64,000 bases of DNA from an uncultured Candidatus Micrarchaeota archaeon (GCA_963791815.1 CAWBTT010000001.1:41720-105719), one strand, 5' to 3'. Shown: positions 8,724 through 18,350, counted from the stretch's first letter. The notes: generated from the sequence alone by a model not told the origin. Numbers and translations are program-made.

Positions 8724-9488
8724 TTAAAGGTTCTCGGAAAACCAATCAGCTACTTTTTTTGTCATCTCATCGATGTGGGAATTGTCCTTGAAGAGGTGGT
8801 CTGCCCCTTCTATGTATTCTATTTTCTTTGGTTCTTTTGCCCAGAGATGGAGCTTTCTGGCGTGGTGATGCTCTATAATATCATCGGCGGTGCCGTGGAC
8901 AACGAGCAGCGGCCGGTTCAGGCTGGCAACGGCGTGCCCAACATTGTGCCTGTCAATATCATGAAGAAATTCTCTTGTGAGCCTCATATCCCTTCCATAG
9001 ACAATCGCTTTGGAGTGGCCTTTTTCCTCTGCCTCTTTGACCGTGTCCGCAGGGAACACTTCACGAACACGCGCCGCCTGTGAACTGCCTGCTATGAATG
9101 CGACAGCTTCCAATCTTTTATCATGGTGGGCAGCAAGCAGGCTCATCATGGCGCCAAGGCTGTGCCCTGCAACGCCAATCTTTTTCATCCCTTTTTTCTC
9201 AAGAAAATCTGCAGCCGCCTTTGCCTCGCCAAGCATTTTTGTGTATGTCGCTTCCTCGAGTTTCCCCCCGCTTTCTCCGCTTCCTGAGAAGTCGAATCTC
9301 AATGTGGCAAATCCGTTCTCATTCAATGCTGCTGAAAGATGCCGCATCACCCTGTGGAATTTCGAGCAGCAAAAACAGTGGAGAAGGATTATGGCATTGC
9401 CATTGTGGCTCTCCGGGATTGAGAGGACTGCGGCTATACTGTCCCCCTCTGCATTGTTGAATGAAAGCTGCTCTTCCATGGATATCAA
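8724..9488 (-). CDS. alpha/beta hydrolase
   Basis: 254 aa with a nucleophile elbow GHSLGA and a C-terminal D...H (GADHLF) consistent with the catalytic triad. Confidence 0.8.
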   Translation of the reverse strand: MISMEEQLSFNNAEGDSIAAVLSIPESHNGNAIILLHCFCCSKFHRVMRHLSAALNENGFATLRFDFSGSGESGGKLEEATYTKMLGEAKAAADFLEKKGMKKIGVAGHSLGAMMSLLAAHHDKRLEAVAFIAGSSQAARVREVFPADTVKEAEEKGHSKAIVYGRDMRLTREFLHDIDRHNVGHAVASLNRPLLVVHGTADDIIEHHHARKLHLWAKEPKKIEYIEGADHLFKDNSHIDEMTKKVADWFSENL

Positions 9489-9641
9489 GTGGTTGGACGG
9501 GTTTTAAATGGTTGTTTTTGGTGTAATTTTATTACTTTTTTTGTTTTTTCGGTTTATTTTACCCGACAATTAGCGAAAGGTAGTAAATATTCACAGTGTT
9601 TTGAAGAAAACATATAAATATTACAACATTCATAGTTACTC

Positions 9642-9851
9642 ATGGAGGGGATGGTGATGAGAGAGGGCAGTTTGGCAGGAATGGGTTCCTTCGTCATGGG
9701 AATAGGTGGAGAAGTTGGCAAAGGTGCTGAGAGGGAGGCTCCGGTAAGTCTAGAAATTCTCTCCGTAGGGCCTCAATTTAGGGAAGTGGATTACCGGAAA
9801 AAATATGCACTGACTAGAAGCCCACCCTTTATCAGAGTTTTGCCAATGTAA
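9642..9851 (+). other. orphan transcription unit: 69-codon G-rich ORF or structured ncRNA
   Basis: TATAAATA box at 9613-9620 lies about 25 nt upstream of 9642. The ORF product has no recognisable family. The region contains a perfect long-range pairing CCGGTAA (9741-9747) / TTACCGG (9791-9797). Confidence 0.25.
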
Positions 9852-9924
9852 ATACTTCACTGGGTTGACGCCAAGCCGCCCCTCAAAATCCATTTTTAAT
9901 CTGTTCCTGACCAAACTGGTTTTT

Positions 9925-10824
9925 ATGTCGTATCTTTCTCCTATTGATGAGTATTCTGATTTCGCGTTCAGGATGCTCTGCCAGAAATATGGCGCAGTCT
10001 TTACCTGTGTGCCGCTTGTAAACAGCCTGGCAGTCCTTCAGGGGGAATTTTCAGATGTTGATGCTGTTTCTGATGAGAAAAATATCGGGGTGCAGATTGT
10101 TGGCTATGACCCTTTGGCAATCGGAAAGGCAGTTGCCATAATTCATGAGGAAAAACCTTTTGTGTCATGGTTCAACCTTAACTGCGGCTGCCCCTCGAGA
10201 AGGACTGTAGGAAGCGGAGGTGGAAGCGCCATGCTTGCTAGCCCAGAGAAGATACTTGATTCTGTAAAAGAGATGGAAAAAACCGATGTTCGCCTCAGCG
10301 TGAAACTCAGGATAAAGAAAAATCCGGAAATTACTGCGAATCTTTGCCAGGAAATTGAGGGTGCTGGTGCAGACTCAATAATCCTCCATGGAAGAACCCC
10401 TGGTCAGGCTTACACTGGTAAGGCAGACTGGGAGGCAATCAAAACAGTCAAGGAAAGCATTTCAATTCCGCTGATTGGAAACGGGGATATTGAAAGCGCG
10501 TCTGAAGGAAATCTATATGTGAAAAAAGGATATTGCGATGACTTCATGGTAGGACGGGCCGCCATGTCAAACCCGATGCTTTTTTCAGACAAGAAACCTG
10601 AGGGTTTTGATGATAAGATGAAAATCCTTGATGAATATATTGAAATCCACAGGAGATACTCTGAGCCTTCTGTCAATCGTGTCCGCTCAAAGGCAATCAA
10701 TTTCCTCTCCGGAGTGGAGGGAGCGGCAAGGCTGAGGAACAAACTAAGCAGGGCAAAAAACGTCTTCGATATACTAAACACAATAGAGAAGCATGCGAAG
10801 GAAATCGCTGAGTCTGCAGATTAG
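9925..10824 (+). CDS. dus: tRNA-dihydrouridine synthase
   Basis: Start set at the ATG at 9925 (the maximal ORF starts at a TTG at 9865). TIM-barrel flavoenzyme motifs LNCGCP and HGRT..Q; about 300 aa. Confidence 0.85.
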   Translation: MSYLSPIDEYSDFAFRMLCQKYGAVFTCVPLVNSLAVLQGEFSDVDAVSDEKNIGVQIVGYDPLAIGKAVAIIHEEKPFVSWFNLNCGCPSRRTVGSGGGSAMLASPEKILDSVKEMEKTDVRLSVKLRIKKNPEITANLCQEIEGAGADSIILHGRTPGQAYTGKADWEAIKTVKESISIPLIGNGDIESASEGNLYVKKGYCDDFMVGRAAMSNPMLFSDKKPEGFDDKMKILDEYIEIHRRYSEPSVNRVRSKAINFLSGVEGAARLRNKLSRAKNVFDILNTIEKHAKEIAESAD

Positions 10825-10858
10825 ATGCTGCGGTTTTTTTGTGAAGATGCATCCCCAG

Positions 10859-11212
10859 TTAGTGGCCATTTTCCTTGTGAAGATGTATCTCCCGGCTTAG
10901 CGACCAGCTGAGAACAGTACGTATTGCCACTATTACTGCAACTGTGAGTATGTCGTTGAAATCCGAGAGCACTACAAGGCGAATAAGGTCAGCGCTAACG
11001 AAGAAGTCCAGGGCAAATATTATCTTCTGTATAAGTGTTCTCTTTGTGTGTTCGTACTTATGGAAACGCTTGTCATGGAATATCTCTATCCGGGCAATCC
11101 GGTATATGGAATGCGCGATTGCGAATATGATGATGAGAACTCCGATTGATTCTACCAGGTAGGAAACCACAAGGAGTGAGTCGGTTAAAACAAGGGGCAG
11201 CTCAATCGACAT
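10859..11212 (-). CDS. DUF1622 membrane protein
   Basis: Start trimmed to the ATG at 11212 (MSIELPLVL), which avoids overlap with the antiporter gene. Small 4-TM protein with a FALDFFVSADLIR motif. Confidence 0.6.
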   Translation of the reverse strand: MSIELPLVLTDSLLVVSYLVESIGVLIIIFAIAHSIYRIARIEIFHDKRFHKYEHTKRTLIQKIIFALDFFVSADLIRLVVLSDFNDILTVAVIVAIRTVLSWSLSREIHLHKENGH

Positions 11213-11249
11213 GGAATTGATAATTAGGCATAAATTAAAAGCGTTGCTG

Positions 11250-12491
11250 TTACTTGCTGCCCCACCTCTGGAGGAGGTAGGAGAGCAGGACAGGCACAAG
11301 GAACTTGAATACAATTGTTGATGCGACTATAACTGAGTAGAGATCAGAACCTATTATCCCGTTGTCAAAGAGTATTTTCACTATGATTATGCTTGTGCTG
11401 AAGCGTACTGAGAGAGCGACGCCGAGTATGATTGAGCGCCGGATGCCAAACTCCTTCCTTCCCATGATGAGGCTCCCTAGAATCTTGGCGCCATTGGAAA
11501 CCAAGGTTATTGCTATTATCAGAAGCGGGAAGGCCATGACATACCCGATATCAAGTGTTGAGCCCACCCATATGAAGAAGAGAGGTGCAAAAAGGCCGTA
11601 ACAGACGGCCTTGATTTCTTTCTCGATAAGGGCGAGGCGGCTCTTTGGGAGGAAATTACCAAGAGCGATGCCGGCCAAGAGAGCGGCCAGAGCAGTTGTG
11701 TCGGCATACATCCCCACACCAAGGAACAGGAAAAGGACAAAAAGGCTGAAGAGGAATATTGACTCAATGTTCGCGTATTTGAACTGCCTCCCTTCTTTCT
11801 TGAACCTCATCAGAACGAAGGTAAGAAGGAACATTATGACCAGCGACAGAATGATGATGGAAACATCCACATGATTATGTGTGCCGGCCCCGACCATGAA
11901 CACCACCATGATAAGAGCCAGTACCTCTATGACATCATCAAGCGTGCCCACGCCTATGATTGTCTGCCCAAGTGGGGTGTTAATCATCTTGAATTCATGC
12001 AGTATCGGGACAAGGAGGGCCTCCCCCACAGTAGCAAATGAAAGCGCCACTATGAAAGAAATCAGAGGGTCATAGCCAAAAACAAGCGTGATGAAAATCG
12101 TCCCTATGATGCCTTCGAGGAAGATTATGAAGATTGTTGATTTGACAATGAAGCTTCCGCGCTTCATCATTTCCCCCAGATTTATCTCGAAGCCGATTAT
12201 AAAGAGCAGGAAATACATCCCAAGCTGGGCAAGGAACACAAAAGAATCTGATGATGTAATGGTTTCGAATGGATTGTAGAACGCGAGCAGGGAACCAAGA
12301 AGCAACGCGGCGAAAATCCAGGGCACCCTTATCTTCTCCACAATATGCCCGACAAAAAAAGTGAATAGGAATGCCATGGCTATGAAAAGGAACGTGTTAA
12401 TCTCTATGGAACCGATGCCAAGATATATCGCCCCAAATAGCACAAGGATAAGCGCGAGGACATATTTTAGCCTGCCTTTAAGCGATTCCAT
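11250..12491 (-). CDS. cation:proton antiporter (CPA/Kef-type Na+/H+ exchanger)
   Basis: About 413 aa with 11-13 TM helices. VGTLDDVIEVLAL motif typical of the Na_H_Exchanger family. Confidence 0.85.
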   Translation of the reverse strand: MESLKGRLKYVLALILVLFGAIYLGIGSIEINTFLFIAMAFLFTFFVGHIVEKIRVPWIFAALLLGSLLAFYNPFETITSSDSFVFLAQLGMYFLLFIIGFEINLGEMMKRGSFIVKSTIFIIFLEGIIGTIFITLVFGYDPLISFIVALSFATVGEALLVPILHEFKMINTPLGQTIIGVGTLDDVIEVLALIMVVFMVGAGTHNHVDVSIIILSLVIMFLLTFVLMRFKKEGRQFKYANIESIFLFSLFVLFLFLGVGMYADTTALAALLAGIALGNFLPKSRLALIEKEIKAVCYGLFAPLFFIWVGSTLDIGYVMAFPLLIIAITLVSNGAKILGSLIMGRKEFGIRRSIILGVALSVRFSTSIIIVKILFDNGIIGSDLYSVIVASTIVFKFLVPVLLSYLLQRWGSK

Positions 12492-12539
12492 GGCATAATT
12501 GCGCGGCACTTGATTAAATATTTTAGTGCTCTTTCCGCA

Positions 12540-13911
12540 TCAAGACACTTTCCAGGCATGGACAACGCTCTTATCTTCGTCCGCCAGGCGCTCCATCAGG
12601 TAGAGGATTCCGTTTTCACGGTCAAACGCGGCTGCCCCGACAAGATAGCGCTTTCCCATTTCATAATCATATCCAGGGTCAAGGAGATACTCATCAATAT
12701 CAAGCATCGCGTATGGCTGGGGCTCATGTGTTTCCATCGTCCTGCTTGCAACTTTCGCAAGGTCAGCAGGGTCGTAGAACAGTATCCTTGCAGAAATATT
12801 CTCAGCACCACCAGCCGCGGTTATCATGCGGCCAGTCAGGAACGTCAGGGTAAACTTCCTCAGGGTCCCCGCTTATTGGATAGACAACTCCATTTGAGAA
12901 TCCATACCAGGTTTTCCCAAGTGCTTTTGTTCCGACGAAAATTACTGCTGATTTGTTTCCTGAAGTTAGCCAGGCCCCGCCAGACCACTCATCCGATTCG
13001 CTGAAGTTTGTCATGGCAAGAGAGGAATCAGAAACTATTTCTACTGCCCCGGGATTTTGAGTTCCGTAAAGGAGCAAAGGAGTTACTGAAAGGGTGCTGT
13101 TAGCAGCCGTGTTATCATTCCATGGGCCATAGGCGAATAACGCGGGACCCCTCCCAGACCAAAGGCCGTCACGGAAACGCCCTGATGCCAGTCTCTTCCC
13201 AGGAGTGTTTGAAGATGCCCAGGATTCTGGAATCTCGAAAATATAATCATTGGTCGCGTAGCTTGTAAACCCGCCAAAATACCATGCGCCTTTTGTATTT
13301 GTCAAATCAAGGTCAGCCATTCCATGAGTTGGCATCTGCTCGAATTCAAAGTGCTCTCCCCATGAAAAGTATAATTTTCCTGATGTTTGAGACCCCTGAG
13401 CAGGAAGATATTCCAAACCTGCTCTTGGAATTTCCTGGTAGCCGAACATTCCGTTTGTTATGTCAGTAAAAGGCCTTAGGGTCGTTGCGCTGTTCATTGA
13501 ATCAAGAGAGCCAATCACTGGTTTCGGGATTGAGATTTCAGAAACCATCTGATGGTGGTCATGGCCCACCGCGTATAGTGAACCTGGATATCCATCATCA
13601 GGACCGCTTGAGTCCCCATCAGGGTAGAATGTCATGGCATAGCCGCTGTAGGCCCAGCTCGAGCCTCCAGATTCTCCCGGAAGCCTGAATGCCCCCAGGT
13701 AATGCAAATCTTTTGGCTGGAGAAGTTCTGTGGCTGCGGATGAGGGCACGTAGGGCGCTGGCTGCGCAGAAGCGTTGTTTGATGAATCAGTAGGAATCAC
13801 GGTGCTCTCGTTCGCTGAGGCATCCGAATCTGCAGAAGGCTGCTCTGAAACTGGAGCTTCAATACATCCGAAAACAAGCATCAGTGAAATCAGGACAATG
13901 AAAAGTTTCAT
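12540..13911 (-). pseudogene. secreted lipobox protein interrupted by a single frameshift
   Basis: ORF 12802-13911 ends ...PDWPHDNRGWWC*. ORF 12540-12827 continues the same protein in another frame (...AENISARILFYDPADL...). The shift lies in the run TGGTGGTGCTGA at about 12810-12822. N-terminus is MKLFIVLISLMLVFGC. Confidence 0.6.
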
Positions 13912-13934
13912 GAATAAAATAGAAAAGAAAAGAT

Positions 13935-14423
13935 TTATTTGGCATTAAGGTCATCGACAATATCCTGGAGGTCCTGCTCGTGCTCAACTTCTTCCTCCAT
14001 GATTTTGCGGACCATGTTTAATGAGATGAAATCCTTTGCCTCCATAACTTTCTGCAGAAGAACGTGATAAACTCCAATTGCGCACTGCTCACCCTTGATG
14101 TTTTGTTTAAGGATAGCCATCGTACTGTCGTCTGTTGGTACTTCATAGCCGCAGTTGCTCTCCTTTTTCCATTCATCAGGTGAAAGCAATGGAGTTCCCC
14201 CAAGCTGGATGATTCTCTCGCTAAGCATGTTTGCGTGCTTAAGCTCCTCTTCAGCGTGCTCCTCAAGCTCTGCCTGAACCTTTGGCCTCATGCGCCCTTT
14301 CACGACTTTTGCTCCGACCCAGTACTGATAGTATGCTAGCCATTCGTCTGCAAGGGCCCTATTCATAAGACCGACAATTTCCTTTACGTCTCCTTCAATT
14401 ATTTCAATTCCCTTTTGTGCCAT
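13935..14423 (-). CDS. DPS-like (DPSL) ferritin-superfamily protein
   Basis: 162 aa four-helix-bundle pattern with E..H di-iron ligands (EEHAEEELKHA, EEEVEHE) and the EQCAI motif seen in archaeal DPSL proteins. Confidence 0.8.
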   Translation of the reverse strand: MAQKGIEIIEGDVKEIVGLMNRALADEWLAYYQYWVGAKVVKGRMRPKVQAELEEHAEEELKHANMLSERIIQLGGTPLLSPDEWKKESNCGYEVPTDDSTMAILKQNIKGEQCAIGVYHVLLQKVMEAKDFISLNMVRKIMEEEVEHEQDLQDIVDDLNAK

Positions 14424-14489
14424 TAAAAAAACCTCTGCAATGTTGTCTCTGATAAGCCTAAAAAGGATAACTGTCGGCCCAAATGATGC

Positions 14490-14768
14490 CTATTTGGCAT
14501 ATTCGCGGCATTTTTCCTTGGCATAGTCCCATGCGGAGAATTTGCACCCCCCATCTCCAGATATCCAAGGATCCTCGCCATACATGGTATAGCCATTCCA
14601 GAGCGCTTCAAAACTGCTTTTCCCTTTTGTCAGTTTGCTGAAATATTCATCCACAAGTTTCTTGCATGCCGCGACGGCTTCCTCGCAGCTTTCGAATTCG
14701 CCATGCTTGTAGCGCTCGCTCTTGTCTCCATGGTGGAAGTTATCATCAATATACACGACGTACTTCAT
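14490..14768 (-). CDS. small hypothetical protein, translationally coupled to the HD hydrolase
   Basis: 92 aa. ATGA start/stop overlap with the upstream gene and a strong AGGTGGAGG SD 5-6 nt before the ATG. Confidence 0.6.
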   Translation of the reverse strand: MKYVVYIDDNFHHGDKSERYKHGEFESCEEAVAACKKLVDEYFSKLTKGKSSFEALWNGYTMYGEDPWISGDGGCKFSAWDYAKEKCREYAK

Positions 14769-15571
14769 ATGGGCCCCTCCACCTTCTCTATCTCTTTTTT
14801 CAGCATGGAATGGATTTTCTGATCAAAACTCATGGCCCAGGGAAGAAAGACCTCTTTAGTTTCTTTCAGGTATCTAATCTGTTTTTCCTTTGATGGGCAT
14901 CTGGCCAAATCACGAACATTGTCAAGGCGGTCTGCAAACTTCAGGGTTTGGATTTCCCTGCTAGAGTTCTTTATCTTCTCATAGTACTTCTCTTTCCAAT
15001 CTCCGACCCTCTGTTTGGGTTTTGAGACAGTGTCTACCGTAGAGGCCACAGTTGCATTGAATGCATCCTCAATATCTTCTTTGCTAACATCACTATCTTC
15101 TATGACGTCATGAAGAAGGGCTGATGCGACAAGGTTAGCGTCATTAATTTCAAGTTCTTCGAGTATAATGAGCGCTACGCGGTATGGATGTGTGAAATAT
15201 GGTTCTCCATCATCACGTTGTTGGTTCTCATGGACTTCCTTGGCCCCCTCATAGGCCTTCTTCACCAGTTCCCTCTCCTTTCCTTCAAATGGCTTAAGGA
15301 GACGCTCGGTGTTGTGTATGAATGACATGATTCCGCATGGGGTGGGGTTCAGCTTCTCAAGAGCCTCTTCCAGAGTCAGATTGGTTACTTTCCTCGCTGC
15401 CTCCACATGATTTTGGCAAAACCAGGCAGCGTATGGCGGGTGGCCCACCATGCCTTGTTCCACTTTCCTGTCGAACTCGAGCCCTTTCTCCGTCTTTTTG
15501 AAATAGATAAGGCCACCGCCTTCATCTGGGTTGAAGTCTTTATCGCATAGCTCACATATCGGAGGCTTCAT
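14765..15571 (-). CDS. RelA/SpoT-homologue HD-domain (p)ppGpp hydrolase-like protein (Mesh1/SAH type) with N-terminal Cys2-Cys-His domain
   Basis: Core GEPYFTHPYRVALIILEE...ASALLHDVIEDSD...KFADRLDNVRDL matches the HD_4 alarmone hydrolase signature. The N-terminal 90 aa carry CELC...CQNH. Start set at the ATG at 15571. Confidence 0.8.
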   Translation of the reverse strand: MKPPICELCDKDFNPDEGGGLIYFKKTEKGLEFDRKVEQGMVGHPPYAAWFCQNHVEAARKVTNLTLEEALEKLNPTPCGIMSFIHNTERLLKPFEGKERELVKKAYEGAKEVHENQQRDDGEPYFTHPYRVALIILEELEINDANLVASALLHDVIEDSDVSKEDIEDAFNATVASTVDTVSKPKQRVGDWKEKYYEKIKNSSREIQTLKFADRLDNVRDLARCPSKEKQIRYLKETKEVFLPWAMSFDQKIHSMLKKEIEKVEGPI

Positions 15572-15680
15572 AGTTATCACTGGATAGTAAGGAAAAAACA
15601 ATCAAAAACATGCCGGTAAATTGATTGGCTTGCCGGAAGAGGCTTTTCTTGTCCAATGCGGAGGGATGAAAGGTTGAGGA

Positions 15681-16130
15681 TTATCCGCCTCTTACTAGTT
15701 TCCAGATAAAGGAATAGAGTTCATCCACAACCCCTACAGGGGGGCCATAAGAGTTTATCATCTTGATTTCTTGCCCATCGGCAAGGATGATTATGGCATT
15801 GAAATCTGCGATGGGAGGCATGTTGTAGAAACTATCCTCACTCTCCCATATTCTGTTCGCGAGATTGATTATCTTTTCGAAATCGGCATCTGTGATGGCC
15901 ATGCTGCCCTCATCCGGCAGCTTCCCATACGGAGTGCTGTTCGCCCCATTGTTCTTGCCAAAGGAGAGTACCTTGCGCTCGATATCCACTACTGCCCTGC
16001 TGCCAGCGGACATAAGGCCTCCCCCAATTAGGACTATGCCCTTCTTGGGGAGCAGGGATTTGGCTTGCTCTGGCACCTTTTCGGCACCGCTTAGCTTGTT
16101 TTTCTTCTCGCCGAACAGCATAATAATCAC
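15681..16130 (-). CDS. hypothetical protein
   Basis: 149-aa ORF with no recognisable motif. Confidence 0.45.
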   Translation of the reverse strand: MIIMLFGEKKNKLSGAEKVPEQAKSLLPKKGIVLIGGGLMSAGSRAVVDIERKVLSFGKNNGANSTPYGKLPDEGSMAITDADFEKIINLANRIWESEDSFYNMPPIADFNAIIILADGQEIKMINSYGPPVGVVDELYSFIWKLVRGG

Positions 16131-16346
16131 ATCACGAAATCATGAGGCTGAGATACAGAGAAAACATCCTCGGGGCCTGCCCCTTGTGCAGAGCAGATAT
16201 TGTTCTTGGAGGCGGATAATAAAAGATTGCTGGATATGGCTAGTGCCATGGACAAAGGTTTAACTTTTTTTGCGATGGATACCTTGCAGGGATAAATGGG
16301 CCGCTTCCCAGATTGAAAGTGTGGCCCGTGGAGAAAAGGTGATAAG

Positions 16347-16697
16347 ATGGCAGATGAACTCATGGCAGGACTGGATGTTATGGCATATGGATACGAAGTT
16401 ACCGTTATCATCAATGGGATTGATGTAGGGGTGAAGGGAGGCAAATCAGAGAGTCTGCGCTTTTTTGGGGCGGAGAAGGCCGAAGGGTTACCTCCAGAAT
16501 ATAAAAAGCTAGCATGCCTCAAAGAAGGCCAGAATGAGATTAGTGTGAAGTATAAGAAAGTGCCTGATGCGAAAATGCCGAGTCTGACAATTAACCTGAG
16601 TACGGAAGAGCAATTCAAGAAAGGCGAGCATCTGTTCTATGTGAATAGTCTTGAAGATGATTCAGGAGACATCAAAGAGACATTCACATTGCCTTAG
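16347..16697 (+). CDS. hypothetical protein
   Basis: 116-aa ORF preceded by AGGTGAT. Preferred over the overlapping Ser/Pro-rich antisense ORF at 16127-16618. Confidence 0.5.
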   Translation: MADELMAGLDVMAYGYEVTVIINGIDVGVKGGKSESLRFFGAEKAEGLPPEYKKLACLKEGQNEISVKYKKVPDAKMPSLTINLSTEEQFKKGEHLFYVNSLEDDSGDIKETFTLP

Positions 16698-16752
16698 GGT
16701 TGCCCGTTACTAATCCGGAAGATTATAAATGGGCGAATGCTAAAGAAGAAAC

Positions 16753-17421
16753 ATGCCTTGGGACTTTGCCTTTTTGCTAGTAACTTTAAACTCCCTGGCT
16801 TTGTTGGCCAGCTTCGTTTACGCCTATTTTAAACCAAAGGAATGGAACTACTGGCTGATAACCAGGTCTTCTGATTATGTAGCCATATACATGCTTACCT
16901 TTTTCCTGATGCTCGCCTTCCTTTTTGTTTTCTCGGAAATCAGGGATTTTGTCATCCCCATATTCGCAATACTTTTTGTCATAATTTTGTGGGGGGCAGT
17001 AAGGGAGATAAAAATAACCGGGATGAAATCCGTTGTGCCCTTTGTCCTTTACCTTTCTTTGATGGGGCAGGTGATATACTCCGCGCTCTCTTCGCAAGAG
17101 CCGGCAACCGCTTTCACAAACCTTGCGGTTCTATATTTCGCCGGTATCTTGTTTATTGTACAGGCAGGGAGATTCCTTGGGAAAATATTGCTTATATCCT
17201 CCCCTAAACTTTACGAGGAACACATCTCTTTGATGAAGAAGAACTTCGGTCCGGAAGCGCCCAGGGTGATAAGATTTGAGGATGGGAGTACTTTGAGCTC
17301 ATTTACCGGCGCGCATGAATTCGCCGGCATTGGCATTGCTTACTGCATCTGGATTGTTATTTCTTTTATCCTTTTGCCGCATCCATTGAATCCTTTGGAA
17401 TGGGGGGATTTGGTAATATAA
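16753..17421 (+). CDS. polytopic membrane protein, unknown function
   Basis: 222 aa with about 6 hydrophobic helices. Confidence 0.55.
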   Translation: MPWDFAFLLVTLNSLALLASFVYAYFKPKEWNYWLITRSSDYVAIYMLTFFLMLAFLFVFSEIRDFVIPIFAILFVIILWGAVREIKITGMKSVVPFVLYLSLMGQVIYSALSSQEPATAFTNLAVLYFAGILFIVQAGRFLGKILLISSPKLYEEHISLMKKNFGPEAPRVIRFEDGSTLSSFTGAHEFAGIGIAYCIWIVISFILLPHPLNPLEWGDLVI

Positions 17422-17422
17422 T

Positions 17423-17469
17423 GCAGGGGAATTTGCTGGTTTCTTTTTTTACGATTTCCAATTTCCTGC
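17423..17469. terminator. imperfect inverted repeat with T-run between convergent genes
   Basis: GCAGGGGA (17423-17430) pairs with TTTCCTGC (17462-17469) including two G-U pairs. The intervening loop contains TTTCTTTTTTT (17440-17450). Confidence 0.3.
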
Positions 17470-18200
17470 TAGAGTTCCGGATTAAAGGCGAATGCAATTC
17501 TGTATGCTATTGGAGTAAGAAACCTTCTATATAGATGTGCTAAAGTCGATTCGGTTTTTAAATTAAGATCCAAACTCCTCTTACATCCATTCTGGGTGAA
17601 GGTAACCATGCCGTCGGCAGAATAGACTAAAGAAGGGATTTGGACCCCCTGTTTTTCAATCCATTGTTTTGTGGTCTCTTCAGTCGGTTTATCACGCAGG
17701 GTTTGGATATTTCTCGAAAATAGAAATTCTCCCCTTAATCTGAGGGCTGGGGAGGTTAACCTCGATATGTTAAAGCTGGAATTTCCTTTCAATGAAAAAT
17801 GGTGCAAGAAGAACGGGTCTTTATCTGGAGAAAAATCCACGTGAAATGATGCGGCTGTAAAATCACCCATGCTAAGCGAGTCAACAGCCTTGCCAAGCTC
17901 TATGGCGAATTCTATCATATCCATAGCCGGCTTATCAGGGAGGACAAGTTTGTATTTTGCGTATGAAAACCGGCAGCGGGCATTACTAGACATGCTCTCG
18001 CGGATGCGTTCGGCAGACTTTTCCCCTTGTTTTAGGGCCTCATGCTCAGTCACTTCTCGCATCAAGGATTCGCTAAAACCATCTCTTATTGCGATGACCA
18101 TAGGACGCTGGTGAGCAACACCACGTTCGATGAACCTACGATGATGCGAATTCTTTGGATTGTCTAATACTGCCTTTAGTCCATCTACCCGTTCAAACAT
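17469..18200 (-). CDS. hypothetical protein
   Basis: 243-aa ORF with normal composition and no recognised domain. Confidence 0.5.
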   Translation of the reverse strand: MFERVDGLKAVLDNPKNSHHRRFIERGVAHQRPMVIAIRDGFSESLMREVTEHEALKQGEKSAERIRESMSSNARCRFSYAKYKLVLPDKPAMDMIEFAIELGKAVDSLSMGDFTAASFHVDFSPDKDPFFLHHFSLKGNSSFNISRLTSPALRLRGEFLFSRNIQTLRDKPTEETTKQWIEKQGVQIPSLVYSADGMVTFTQNGCKRSLDLNLKTESTLAHLYRRFLTPIAYRIAFAFNPEL

Positions 18201-18350
18201 AATATTGTTCTTGTATAAAAGTCTTTATAAATCCCTATTTGACATTTTTTGTAACATTAATTCCTGCAACATTATGCGCCGCTGTTTTTGCAACTGAGTC
18301 TGACTAATGAAGTTATGTGCACTTTATCAGGAGAAGAACAGAAGGAAAAG

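Noticed and set aside
9642-9851. Tried to read the orphan unit as RNase P RNA, SRP RNA or a C/D-box sRNA (GGAGGGGA...AGGGCAG, GUGAUGA...CUGA, GGCUCCGGUAAG)
   Set aside because: The universal RNase P CR-I (GAGGAAAGUCC) and a P4 pairing partner are absent. There is no GGAA/AGCA helix-8 core for SRP RNA. The C and D boxes are about 70 nt apart with no C'/D' boxes or terminal stem. Only short chance similarities remain.
12510-13004. 164-aa plus-strand ORF
   Set aside because: It is antisense to the two halves of the frameshifted secreted-protein gene, has an Arg/His/Leu-rich odd composition, and begins immediately at the antiporter start region.
16127-16618. 163-aa minus-strand ORF overlapping the 116-aa plus-strand ORF
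   Set aside because: Ser/Pro/Phe-rich with no SD. The plus-strand ORF has an AGGTGAT SD and ordinary composition. The decision remains of moderate confidence.
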